32,000 bases of DNA, taken from contig CP126532.1 of NCBI GenBank assembly GCA_030167145.1, positions 5,037,608 through 5,069,607 on the forward strand, read 5' to 3'. The notes below the pieces were generated by a model. The model did no database searches, was not told the origin of the DNA, and saw nothing but the letters and a program-made list of their open reading frames with translations. The position numbers and the translations under genes were made by a program. Source of the stretch: Ktedonobacterales bacterium. GTDB lineage: Bacteria; Chloroflexota; Ktedonobacteria; Ktedonobacterales; JADMIN01. Each line of letters begins with the position of its first letter. Position 1 is the first letter of the stretch. Of this stretch, positions 1 to 9,398 are shown one piece after another.

Positions 1-1194
1 GGGCCGATATTGCTGGCATTGGCGGGAATATGTGCTTTCTTGAGTTTGCGCGGTGTGCTATCGCGCCAGACATATGTTGTGGATGCCAAACTTATCTCCG
101 CGCGACGTTTTCCAGGTACTGTGCGATTGCCCTGGCGTGATGTAGCACGGGTAGACCGCGCACGCCATCCCTTCAGCGGTGTGATGGTGGCAGGCATCGC
201 GTGTGCGCGTTTCGTGCTTCAGATCGCTGCACGCAGTGACGTTCGTATGCAAGCGTTCGACTGGTACCCCCGGGTGCCAGAGTATCTGATTCTGCGTGGA
301 ACAGGCAGGCATGTCCGCATTGCGCTACATCGCGTGCCGCGTCCTGACGATTTGCTTGCCTGGATTGAGTTCTATGAGAGCGTTGGCAGGCGTGCGGCAC
401 GTGAAAGTGTCAAGCGTAGGCCAACGCCTTTGCCTACACCGTATGCTACTCCACAACCAGTTCCGACCGATATGGGTCGCGCAACTGGACCATTGGATCC
501 ATGGGCACAGGGCCGTGACGGCACGCCGCTACCTGCTGACGCGCCTGCCCCTAATTCGGCTGCCGCACCTGCAGCGCCTTTCATGTCACCATTTGCTGCT
601 CTTGTTTATGATGGCGAGGGTGAAGATGCCTGGCTGCGAGCCGAGCCTGAATTGCCAGTCGTTGGCCACAATAGGGAGCCATTGGTGGAAGATTTGCCGA
701 CTGCGGAAATGCCAGTGGCTGGGTTGCTACCAAGTGCAGATTCTCACGCTAGTGAGCGGTATGGATCCCCTCAGCTTTATCAGGAGCCGCAAGGCTTATG
801 GCAAGAAGCGCGGCCAATTGATTCACAGCGGGACGACGCTCGGCATGATCCGTGGGAAGAAGATCACCCTTTGGCTGGTTCAACCTCGCAACTCTGGGAG
901 GAAACACAGCCGCAGGTAGCTGTGCCTCCTGTGGCGGCAAATGTGGAGCCACGGCTTCAGATGCCCGGAGTAGAACCAGAGTTTGCACTCCCAGAAGCTG
1001 AGGATGAGGACGAAGGCGAGAATACTGAATTGTTGGATGCATTCGGGCCAAGGCGCTCTGGTGCTTCTGCACCTCACTGGGAGCGTCCGCAATTGCCGCG
1101 CTTCGGCCCACCAACTTCAGGGAATCATGCAACGGGCGCTAATGAGAGCACTGATGACAATGGGCAGTTCGCTGACGACGATTTTCTGCGCTGA
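1..1194 (+). CDS. Hypothetical protein, 5' end cut by the window edge. It has a hydrophobic N-terminal segment and a small globular region, followed by a long Pro/Glu/Asp/Trp-rich, low-complexity C-terminal tail
   Basis: Frame 1 is open from nt 1 (GGG CCG ATA TTG...), so the track ORF 10..1194 is probably an internal fragment. It is the longest frame in this region; the alternative-frame ORFs (296..919 and the minus-strand ORFs) look like shadows. I recognise no family motif. Confidence 0.5.
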   Translation, partial: GPILLALAGICAFLSLRGVLSRQTYVVDAKLISARRFPGTVRLPWRDVARVDRARHPFSGVMVAGIACARFVLQIAARSDVRMQAFDWYPRVPEYLILRGTGRHVRIALHRVPRPDDLLAWIEFYESVGRRAARESVKRRPTPLPTPYATPQPVPTDMGRATGPLDPWAQGRDGTPLPADAPAPNSAAAPAAPFMSPFAALVYDGEGEDAWLRAEPELPVVGHNREPLVEDLPTAEMPVAGLLPSADSHASERYGSPQLYQEPQGLWQEARPIDSQRDDARHDPWEEDHPLAGSTSQLWEETQPQVAVPPVAANVEPRLQMPGVEPEFALPEAEDEDEGENTELLDAFGPRRSGASAPHWERPQLPRFGPPTSGNHATGANESTDDNGQFADDDFLR

Positions 1195-1215
1195 ACCGAA
1201 CAATTCACATCAACG

Positions 1216-2382
1216 CTAAATTGGATTATCTGGTAACAGGGTGAAGTCTGCGCTCGGCTCATCACTGGAGAACAATGGTAGTTGTATGATGCCCTGTGCA
1301 TGTCCAGGGTGGCTTTCTGATAGAAGATTGCTAAGCCCAACGCCGAGCAGCCGGATTGCGTGATCTGCGGTGAGCAGTGGTGAGAAGTGTGTCGCGAGCA
1401 AGTGTCTTGCTGCTATACCTAGCACATCTGGTGCGCGAGTCGGCGCGGGCAACATGGTTTGTCGCGTGGTTATCTCGAAGTTGTGCCATTTGACCTTCAA
1501 CGTAATGGAACGTCCAAGCACTCGTTTCTTTTCAGCATCGCGCGCTACTTTCTCCGCCAGCGCCCGCACGTGGTCTTGCGCGCGTTCCAAGTCGGCAATG
1601 TCTCGTTCATATGTACATTCACGCGAGAGGCTCTTGGGCGGTCCGTGATCGCTGACCACGCACCTATCATCTTCGCCGTGGGCCAAGCGCCAGAGCCAGC
1701 TTCCCGTCTTGCCGAACTGCATCTGCAAAGCCTCCACGTTCGTCCGTGCTAACTCCGACACCAATGTAATTCCCATCCTTTCGAGTTTTGCGCGTGTGTG
1801 CGGTCCAACGCCGGGTAAGCACCCGACTGGCAGCGTATGCAGGAATGCATCTTCGCGTCCAGGCATGACGATCAAACAGCCGTCTGGCTTTGCGCGGTCG
1901 CTTGCGAGCTTAGCAATACATTTGTTGCGGCCGACACCGACCGAAATAATCAACCCTGTCTCACGAAGCACCCGCGCTTTGATGTCGAGTGCTATGTCTA
2001 CCGCATGTCTACAGCCCGGCACTCCTGGCGGCAGTTCTCCATATGCTTCGTCAACAGAAACTTGTTCGCGCGTGACAAAATAGTCGTCGAGAATGGCCAT
2101 CACCTGGTCTGACAACATGCGGTAGCGCTCGAAATGTGGGCGGAGAAATACCGCATTAGGGCAGAGCCGTCGAGCAACTGCGGCAGACATCGCGCTATGC
2201 ACGCCATGGCGCCGCGCTCGATAATTTGCGGTGCTTACCACACCACGCCGGTCTGGATCGCCTCCTACGATGACAGGCTTCCCAGCAAGGTACGGATTGT
2301 CGAGTTCCTCCACCGCTGCGAAGAAACAATCGAGATCGCAATGCATTACACGACGGAAGCCTTGCTCCGGCAACACGTTCAT
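1216..2382 (-). CDS. dinB: DNA polymerase IV (Y-family translesion polymerase)
   Basis: The N-terminus 'MHCDLDCFFAAVEELDNPYLAGKPVIVGG' and the 'SVDEAY' catalytic motif are characteristic of DinB/UmuC-family polymerases. The 388-aa length is typical. Confidence 0.92.
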   Translation of the reverse strand: MNVLPEQGFRRVMHCDLDCFFAAVEELDNPYLAGKPVIVGGDPDRRGVVSTANYRARRHGVHSAMSAAVARRLCPNAVFLRPHFERYRMLSDQVMAILDDYFVTREQVSVDEAYGELPPGVPGCRHAVDIALDIKARVLRETGLIISVGVGRNKCIAKLASDRAKPDGCLIVMPGREDAFLHTLPVGCLPGVGPHTRAKLERMGITLVSELARTNVEALQMQFGKTGSWLWRLAHGEDDRCVVSDHGPPKSLSRECTYERDIADLERAQDHVRALAEKVARDAEKKRVLGRSITLKVKWHNFEITTRQTMLPAPTRAPDVLGIAARHLLATHFSPLLTADHAIRLLGVGLSNLLSESHPGHAQGIIQLPLFSSDEPSADFTLLPDNPI

Positions 2383-2661
2383 TGTGTGTTCCTCTCATTT
2401 CACCGCATTTCACTGCCTTCTTCACTGTACGTTAGTGGTGGATATGACATGCCGATCTTGCAAAGTGGCTAGCACAATGGCACGTGTACCTCTCTCGTTA
2501 GCGGCTTGCACATGATATACTTGTTTCTTGGCAGTTGCTTTGCTGGCACGTGTGAATAGACAGCACCGTCACTGCATCGGTGAATATGGCCGTAGACTGT
2601 TTTGTAGGGTTTTCCGCGCCCACGGTGGGCGCGGCAACGCATTCTGTCAAGGGTTTCGAAG

Positions 2662-3051
2662 GTGCGATATATCGAGGAGAAGATACGCGTGAAACGGGAT
2701 CAGGTCATTGAACGGCTCCGCCTCTGGGCGGCGCGGGCGCAGCACGAAGCCCAGATGGCCGACACGCAGGAAGACATACTCAACTGGCAGGGTCAAGCGC
2801 AGGTATTGAGTGGTGTTGCGACTTATCTCGCCAGTGCCGGACGGCAAAGCGACGAAGATGCGGTCTGGCGGCAGGTTGTTGCGGATCGCAGCAATGCACT
2901 AGCCGCATGGGAGCGAGCGCAGGAAGGGCCTGATGCCATGCTCTACGCTGGCATGATAGCAGGGTTTGATGTTGCACTCACAGCGCTTACTGATAACGCT
3001 GGCCGTGTGTGGACACGCGAAGCACGCGGTGACCTCTGGGTCAATCGCTGA
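2662..3051 (+). CDS. Hypothetical small helical protein
   Basis: 129-aa ORF from GTG 2662. An in-frame GTG at 2689 is preceded by GAGGAG (2674-2679) and may be the real start. The TGA stop at 3049-3051 lies 2 nt before the glycerate kinase ATG, which suggests coupling. No family recognised. Confidence 0.45.
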   Translation: MRYIEEKIRVKRDQVIERLRLWAARAQHEAQMADTQEDILNWQGQAQVLSGVATYLASAGRQSDEDAVWRQVVADRSNALAAWERAQEGPDAMLYAGMIAGFDVALTALTDNAGRVWTREARGDLWVNR

Positions 3052-3053
3052 GT

Positions 3054-4265
3054 ATGCTCATAAGCTCACAGGTGGCTGCGCGCTGGAACATCGTAGCAGC
3101 CCCACAAGCGCTCAAGGGGAGCCTTGACGCGGACGCGGTTGGCAAGGCAATTGCCGTGGGCGTATATCGTGTCGTTCCGGGGGCCGAGGTACTTGTCATT
3201 CCCGTGGCTGACGGCGGTGAGGGTACTGTGCGCGCACTCGTCTCAGCGACTGATGGCGAGTTGCGTTACGCGACTGTCACTGGACCGCTTGGCGAGCAAG
3301 TGCGTGCGGAATATGGCATCCTTGGAACGAACTGGCTGGAAGTCACAGGCAAAACAGCGGTCATCGAAATGGCGGCAGCTTCCGGTCTCCCACTCGTGCC
3401 ACCGCATCTACGCGATCCCCGCCGAACCACCACCTTTGGTACCGGTGAACTCATCAGGACTGCTCTGGATATTGGGTGTGAGCACATACTCATCGGACTA
3501 GGAGGTAGCGCGACCAACGATGGTGGAGCAGGCATGGCCCAGGCGCTTGGCGCGCACCTGCTCGATGGCAATGGCCATGAACTTTCGCGTGGTGGCGCAG
3601 ATCTTCTTCGACTGGACAGAATAGATACGCGCGACCTTGATCCACGCCTCGACACTGTTCGTATTTCTGTTGCCAGTGATGTTACCAATCCACTTTGTGG
3701 CCCCTCAGGCGCCTCGGCGATCTATGGTCCACAGAAAGGAGCTACCCCTGACATTGTGGACGAGCTTGATGCCGCTCTCGCGCACTATGCGGAGGTCTTG
3801 CGCCGCTATCTGAATGCGGATGTGGCGAATATTCCTGGGGCTGGAGCGGCAGGTGGCCTTGGTGCGGGACTGCTCGCCTTTACACACGCCAGGATGGTCC
3901 CCGGAGCGCAATTCGTGCTGGACTCACTCAATTTTACCGAGCGTATTCGCGGGACATCCCTCGTAATCACCGCCGAGGGTCGCCTGGATGCACAAACTGG
4001 TTATGGCAAAGCTGTAGGCGCGGTTGCCGCCGCTGCGCACAAGGTCGGCGCTCGTGTTATTGCGCTTGCTGGAAGTGTGGCGGCAAGTGACGACGACCTA
4101 TTGGCCCTTGGCATAGATGTCGCTGTTCCTCTCGTTGATGGTCCGCTCTCGCTTGACGAGAGCATGGCACGAGCTGCGGACCTTGTACAATCAGCGGCTG
4201 CGCGGACCATGCGCCTCATATTGCTTGGAGATGCTCTGCGTCTTCCAGAGGCACACACGCTATAA
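3054..4265 (+). CDS. glxK: Glycerate kinase (GlxK/GarK family)
   Basis: Motifs 'IPVADGGEGT', 'GLGGSATNDGGAGMAQALG' and 'TAEGRLDAQTGYGKA' match the glycerate kinase family. The 403-aa length also fits. Confidence 0.88.
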   Translation: MLISSQVAARWNIVAAPQALKGSLDADAVGKAIAVGVYRVVPGAEVLVIPVADGGEGTVRALVSATDGELRYATVTGPLGEQVRAEYGILGTNWLEVTGKTAVIEMAAASGLPLVPPHLRDPRRTTTFGTGELIRTALDIGCEHILIGLGGSATNDGGAGMAQALGAHLLDGNGHELSRGGADLLRLDRIDTRDLDPRLDTVRISVASDVTNPLCGPSGASAIYGPQKGATPDIVDELDAALAHYAEVLRRYLNADVANIPGAGAAGGLGAGLLAFTHARMVPGAQFVLDSLNFTERIRGTSLVITAEGRLDAQTGYGKAVGAVAAAAHKVGARVIALAGSVAASDDDLLALGIDVAVPLVDGPLSLDESMARAADLVQSAAARTMRLILLGDALRLPEAHTL

Positions 4266-4307
4266 GCTTCAAGGTGCAACGCAAAATCTGGTCGTATTCG
4301 TCGTTCA

Positions 4308-5027
4308 TTACGAGCGTGCGAGTGTGGTGAGTTGTGCTCTTGCGGAGGTGGCGACTGCGTCTGAATATTGTCCGCGATATGCTTCTGGCAGTAGCGCCGC
4401 AATCCGCAGGGCCATGTCGTCCGCGACAGCCTGAAGCGCGGCGCGGGTCGAAATTCCGTGCGGCACCTGTGGATGGTATGGCTCCCCAAATGTTACAAGC
4501 ACATGGGGGCGTTTCCATACGCGCCAGCCGCGTTGTGGCACCCAGATACGCTCGGTGCCACAGATCGCTACTGGAACCACTACTGCGCCCGTACGCAACG
4601 CGAGCCACGCCGCACCTGTTTTCACCGGCAGCATTGCAGCCGGAGCGGGTGGATCGCTATAGGTTCCTTCAGGAAAGACCAACACGCACTGCCCCTGCTC
4701 AAGTAGTACCTTCAATGTCCTCAATGCTTCTCGGTCCGACGCGCCCCTGCGAATTGGCACGGCTCCGCAACGATGGGCTATCCAACCGAAAACCGGCCAC
4801 TCGAAAATCTCTGCCTTTGCGAGAATGCTCAGTGTGCGATTGATCCGCAGACCTACCGCGACAGGATCCGTCGGCCCCAAGTGATTGCACACCAGTAGGA
4901 CTGAACCTTGGCGCGGCACGCGATCCGCATGTGTCGCCCGCAGGCGGGCTTGTAGTGGAACGACTACCCGGGCTAAGGCTTTGGCCATTCGGTACATCGC
5001 ACTCACGCGCGCCTCCACCAACTTCAC
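4308..5027 (-). CDS. plsC: 1-acyl-sn-glycerol-3-phosphate acyltransferase-like (lysophospholipid acyltransferase family)
   Basis: Contains the HX4D catalytic motif 'CNHLGPTDP' and the 'VFPEGT' motif. 239 aa. Confidence 0.82.
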   Translation of the reverse strand: MKLVEARVSAMYRMAKALARVVVPLQARLRATHADRVPRQGSVLLVCNHLGPTDPVAVGLRINRTLSILAKAEIFEWPVFGWIAHRCGAVPIRRGASDREALRTLKVLLEQGQCVLVFPEGTYSDPPAPAAMLPVKTGAAWLALRTGAVVVPVAICGTERIWVPQRGWRVWKRPHVLVTFGEPYHPQVPHGISTRAALQAVADDMALRIAALLPEAYRGQYSDAVATSARAQLTTLARS

Positions 5028-5436
5028 TACCTATGCGAATACCGATCCTAGCACTACTGTATCATGAGCTTGTGGTCTTGCCTAGCGTCCATCCTACTTC
5101 GCCGAATAGATGAGCTTGCGATGGCATGCTGGCGGCTGCTACACTGACCAACGGTGCTGGTGCGCCCCTGGTTATCTCGTGCCTTGGATAGGGCGCGCAG
5201 AGTATGCGCTATGAAACGAGGCGCAGTGGTCGTGTCTATGTGGCAACTTCAGATGGCAGCGTCGCCTTGGCGGAGTCGCTCATTCCGCCACGACGCTGCT
5301 TTTGTCTGCTAATACCTGTGATTTTGCTCATCGTGAGGGCCTGCATGGGTGCAGATATGCGGGTTGGCCCAAGCTATGCGGACACGCTCTACATGGCACG
5401 CGGGCACCTACCTGCCGTCAAGGGGAGATGCTGAAG

Positions 5437-8337
5437 ATGATGACAAGCCGACTAGCAGCCGTCTATGAGCTAGGCCAGAGCATCTGGTATGACAATATCC
5501 GCCGCGGCTTAATCACGTCTGGTGAATTTCAACGTTTGATCGCCGAAGACTCCATCGTCGGTTGCACCTCGAATCCTACCATTTTCGAGAAGGCAATAGA
5601 TGGTAGCGCAGACTATGATGATGTGATTAAGGAGCTTGCCCGCCAGGGAGTTACCGATGCGCAGGACGTTTTCGACGCACTCTCTATTCACGATGTCCAA
5701 GCCACCGCGGATCTTCTCCGGCCCGTCTATGATCGCACGCACCATCTTGATGGATACATAAGCCTTGAGGTCTCGCCCATCGCCGCAAATGACACCAAGA
5801 AAACAATTGCTGAGGCGCGTCGTCTCTTTGAGCGTGTCAACCGTCCGAATGTTATGATTAAGATCCCGGCGACTGAAGAGGGCCTCCCGGCAATTGAGCA
5901 GATGATCTACGAAGGCGTCAACATCAATGTCACCCTTATCTTTTCGTTGGACCGATATGAGCGCGTTGCCGAAGCTTTCATACGTGGGTTGGAGCACCGC
6001 CTCCGTGAAGGTCAAGCCGTAGACGATATTGCATCGGTCGCCAGCTTCTTTGTCAGCCGCGTAGACACACTTGTGGACGCAGCGCTCGACGAAAAGATCG
6101 CTCAGGCGGATGACAGCGCCGCGAAGGACGATTTGCGCTCCTTGCACGGCAAAGCCGCCATTGCAAATGCCCGCCTCGCATACCAGAAGTATCAGGACAT
6201 TTTCCACGGGAACCGTTTTGCTAAACTTAGCGCGAAAGGCGCGCGTGCGCAACGCTGCCTATGGGCCAGCACGAGTACTAAGAACCCCGCCTATCGTGAT
6301 GTGCTCTATGTGGAGCAACTCATTGGCCCTGAAACGATAGACACCATGCCGCCGCAAACTATCGTCGCTTTCCAGGATCATGGTGAAGCCAAGGTCACGC
6401 TCTCCGACGATATCCCCGGCATGCATGCTGTCATGGGGCGGCTGGCTGATGTGGGCATCAACATGGATAGCGTTACGTATCAGCTAGAGATCGAGGGTGT
6501 CCGGGCGTTTGCCGATTCGTATCACAAATTGCTCGAGAGTACTGCGAGCAAAATCGAGAAACTACGTCAGCAGATGGAGATTGAGGCAACTGTAACCGAT
6601 AGTGTTGCGGCGAAACTGGGTGAACGCCAACAGGTGTCGCTCGGCAGCCTTCAAGGCGCGGTAGATGCCGCGCTAGATCGCGCTGAAAACGAGCATTTCG
6701 CCCAGCGCGTGTGGGAGAAAGACCCAGCCCTCTGGAAGCCAAATCCCAGCGAGCAAAGTGAGATTGTAGACCGGCTTGGATGGTTAACAGTTGTGGACCC
6801 GATGATGGACATGCTGCCGCAACTGCACGAGCTACGTGACGATGTACGCACCAGCGGTTTTACCCATGTCGTGCTGCTGGGTATGGGTGGTAGCAGCCTC
6901 GCTCCAGAGGTGCTGCGCGAGACCTTTGGTTCTGCGCCTGGTCAGCCTGAGTTACTCGTGCTCGACTCTACCGACCCAGCGACCATCCTTGACATCGAAC
7001 GCCAGATTGACCTTCCACACACGCTCTTCATTGTTGCCTCAAAGTCTGGTGGCACTATCGAGACGCTCTCGCAGTACATGTACTTCCGTGAGAAACTCCG
7101 AGCCGTCGGTGATGATGCTGTGGGCCAACACTTCATTGCCATCACGGATTCTGATACCAAGCTGGATAAACTTGCTCGCGACAATGGCTTCCGCGCGATA
7201 TTCCGCAACCCGACGGATATTGGTGGCCGATATTCAGCACTGTCGCTGTTTGGGTTGGTGCCCGCCGCGATTCTCGGCATTGATGTGGAGACCCTGCTTC
7301 GCCGCGCCCAAACGATGCAGCAAGCCTGCCAGGTAAGCCAACCGGCACTTGAGAATCCGGGTCTACTCTTGGGAGCTATGATGGGTGCGCTGGCCAACAA
7401 CGGTCATGATAAGGTCACACTGGTCATGTCGCCGCCTATCAGTTCGTTCGGCTACTGGATCGAGCAACTCATTGCCGAAAGCACAGGTAAAGAAGGCAAA
7501 GGCATTCTGCCGGTCGAGGGCGAAACTCTGGGCGAGCCATCTGACTATGGTAATGATCGTTTCTTTATCTACCTCCGTGCTGACGAAGGATTCGATCCAG
7601 ACCAAGACGCCAAGATCGCCGAATTGAAGCAGGCTGGGCAGCCTGCCTTGACGCTTGCGCTTCAAAACACCTACAACCTGGGCATGGAGTTCTTTCGCTG
7701 GGAGTTCGCAACCGCAATTGCTGGAGCTTTCCTCAACATCAACGCCTTCGACCAGCCAAACGTACAGGAATCAAAAGACAACACCAGCCGCCTTTTGGAT
7801 GACTACGCCAAATCCAAGGAGCTTCCCGAACCAGAGCCAATATTGCGCACCGAGCATGTGGCCATTGTCGCAGGCGAGCGCGAGCTGAGCGCCATCTATG
7901 ACGCCGTTTCATTGCAGGCCGCACTGGAAACCTATTTCAGGGAGGTGCAGCCTGGTGACTATATCGCCATGCTGGCCTATGTCCAGCGTACTCCAGAGTC
8001 CCACGAGATGCTTCAGCACATCCGCCTGCGCCTACGCAACCTCTGCAAAGCCGCTACAACGCTTGGTTATGGTCCGCGCTTCCAACATTCTACCGGTCAG
8101 GAGCACAAGGGTGGCCCAAATACAGGCGTCTTCGTGCAATTCGTCGCCGACTCTGCCCAGGATGTGGCGATACCCGGTGAGCCATACAGCTTTGGCGTGC
8201 TCAAGGCCGCTCAGGCGCTTGGCGACCTCCAATCTCTCCAGACGCACGGCAGGCGCGTCATTCGCATCAACCTTGGCGCGAACATCGCGGCTGGTCTCAG
8301 TGAATTGCGACGCGCAGTTGACGCCGCCAGCCTGTAA
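5437..8337 (+). CDS. tal-pgi: Bifunctional transaldolase / glucose-6-phosphate isomerase
   Basis: The N-terminal half has transaldolase motifs ('SIWYDNIRR', 'GCTSNPTIFEKAI', 'VMIKIPAT' with the Schiff-base Lys). The C-terminal half has PGI/SIS motifs ('LLGMGGSSLAPEV', 'IVASKSGGTIETL'). The track ORF starts at 5302, but AGGGGAG (5421-5427) sits 9 nt upstream of ATG 5437; ATG 5428 and 5440 are alternatives. Confidence 0.9.
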   Translation: MMTSRLAAVYELGQSIWYDNIRRGLITSGEFQRLIAEDSIVGCTSNPTIFEKAIDGSADYDDVIKELARQGVTDAQDVFDALSIHDVQATADLLRPVYDRTHHLDGYISLEVSPIAANDTKKTIAEARRLFERVNRPNVMIKIPATEEGLPAIEQMIYEGVNINVTLIFSLDRYERVAEAFIRGLEHRLREGQAVDDIASVASFFVSRVDTLVDAALDEKIAQADDSAAKDDLRSLHGKAAIANARLAYQKYQDIFHGNRFAKLSAKGARAQRCLWASTSTKNPAYRDVLYVEQLIGPETIDTMPPQTIVAFQDHGEAKVTLSDDIPGMHAVMGRLADVGINMDSVTYQLEIEGVRAFADSYHKLLESTASKIEKLRQQMEIEATVTDSVAAKLGERQQVSLGSLQGAVDAALDRAENEHFAQRVWEKDPALWKPNPSEQSEIVDRLGWLTVVDPMMDMLPQLHELRDDVRTSGFTHVVLLGMGGSSLAPEVLRETFGSAPGQPELLVLDSTDPATILDIERQIDLPHTLFIVASKSGGTIETLSQYMYFREKLRAVGDDAVGQHFIAITDSDTKLDKLARDNGFRAIFRNPTDIGGRYSALSLFGLVPAAILGIDVETLLRRAQTMQQACQVSQPALENPGLLLGAMMGALANNGHDKVTLVMSPPISSFGYWIEQLIAESTGKEGKGILPVEGETLGEPSDYGNDRFFIYLRADEGFDPDQDAKIAELKQAGQPALTLALQNTYNLGMEFFRWEFATAIAGAFLNINAFDQPNVQESKDNTSRLLDDYAKSKELPEPEPILRTEHVAIVAGERELSAIYDAVSLQAALETYFREVQPGDYIAMLAYVQRTPESHEMLQHIRLRLRNLCKAATTLGYGPRFQHSTGQEHKGGPNTGVFVQFVADSAQDVAIPGEPYSFGVLKAAQALGDLQSLQTHGRRVIRINLGANIAAGLSELRRAVDAASL

Positions 8338-8372
8338 TTAGTAACTACTAGTGCAACACAGAGGAGACTCGC

Positions 8373-9305
8373 ATGGAACTCGGCATTTATGGACTTGGTC
8401 GTATGGGCGCCAACATGGCAACCCGATTGCTCCGTGATGGCCATCGTGTGGTTGCATCTAATCGCAGTAGAGGGCCGGTGGACGAAGCTGCGGCTTTAGG
8501 CGCGGTGCCAGCCTATACGCTTGAAGAAATGGTGCAGAAGCTTGGAGACAGTCCAAAGATTGTCTGGCTTATGGTACCATCGGGGCAGGTCACGGACGAC
8601 ACACTGCACCACGCAATGTCGCTACTCAAGCCCGGCGACATCATTATTGATGGTGGCAACTCAAATTGGCGCGACACAGTACGCCACGCCCAGGAAGTAA
8701 CGGCCGCTGGTATGCACATGATGGATTGCGGAACCAGCGGCGGCATTTGGGGTCTCAAAGAAGGCTATAGCTTGATGATCGGCGGTGAGCGCGCAATGTT
8801 CGAGTATTGCGAGCCGATCTTCAAGACGCTGGCGCCGGTAGATGGCTACGGCTATATGGGGCCAAGTGGCGCTGGTCACTTTGTGAAAATGGTCCATAAC
8901 GGAGTGGAGTACGGGATGCTCCAGGCATACGGCGAAGGCTTCGAGATTCTTGAGAAGTCCCAATTCAACCTGGACATGCGTGAGGTCACACGTGTATGGC
9001 AGCACGGCAGTGTTGTACGTTCGTGGCTGCTTGATCTTGCTGCTCTGGCTTTTGCCGAAGATCCGAGGTTAGACAATATCAAGGGCTACATTAACGACTC
9101 TGGCGAGGGACGCTGGACTGTACAAGCGGCAATTGACGAAGATGTGCCAGCGCCTGTGATAACGCTCTCACTACTCATGCGTTTTGCCTCTCGCCAGGAT
9201 GACTCGTTCTCTGCCAAGGTGATCGCCGCATTGCGGAATCAGTTCGGTGGCCATGCCGTAACCTTCGAGAGCGGTGAGATCGGCGGCGTGAAGCACGAGG
9301 CATAA
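8373..9305 (+). CDS. gnd: 6-phosphogluconate dehydrogenase (decarboxylating), short ~300-aa form
   Basis: Rossmann N-terminus 'LGIYGLGRMGANMATRL' and signature 'GAGHFVKMVHNGVEYGMLQAYGEG'. GAGGAG Shine-Dalgarno upstream. 310 aa. Confidence 0.9.
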   Translation: MELGIYGLGRMGANMATRLLRDGHRVVASNRSRGPVDEAAALGAVPAYTLEEMVQKLGDSPKIVWLMVPSGQVTDDTLHHAMSLLKPGDIIIDGGNSNWRDTVRHAQEVTAAGMHMMDCGTSGGIWGLKEGYSLMIGGERAMFEYCEPIFKTLAPVDGYGYMGPSGAGHFVKMVHNGVEYGMLQAYGEGFEILEKSQFNLDMREVTRVWQHGSVVRSWLLDLAALAFAEDPRLDNIKGYINDSGEGRWTVQAAIDEDVPAPVITLSLLMRFASRQDDSFSAKVIAALRNQFGGHAVTFESGEIGGVKHEA

Positions 9306-9398
9306 GGTGGTTCTGGCCAGGCGCACCTTGGGCGACCATGGTAGCGCCTCAGCCTGATCGACAGGGTTGTTCATGGTGAATGATGAAGGGATAGATCT

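Noticed and set aside
296-919. 207-aa alternative-frame ORF overlapping the first gene
   Set aside because: It is shorter than the frame-1 ORF, which is open from the window edge. It is Cys/Arg/Leu-rich with no RBS.
2614-2634. GC palindrome as a Rho-independent terminator
   Set aside because: There is no T/U tract after the hairpin on either strand, and it lies between divergent gene starts, not after a gene end.
5204-5434. 76-aa ORF ending 2 nt before the tal-pgi start (possible coupled upstream gene)
   Set aside because: No Shine-Dalgarno, five Cys residues, random-looking composition, and a second frame is also open across the same region. It could only be confirmed by conservation or Ribo-seq.
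5302-5436. 45-codon N-terminal extension of the tal-pgi ORF
   Set aside because: The extension is Cys/His/Arg-rich and unlike transaldolase N-termini. The AGGGGAG Shine-Dalgarno is positioned for ATG 5437.
5509-6252. 247-aa ORF antisense to the transaldolase domain
   Set aside because: Shadow ORF within a confidently identified gene, with no independent signals.
9315-9345. Imperfect hairpin AGGCGCACC...GGTAGCGCCT between gnd and zwf as an internal terminator
   Set aside because: It has a bulged stem and no U tract, and the genes are clearly in one functional operon. At most it is a processing or stability element.
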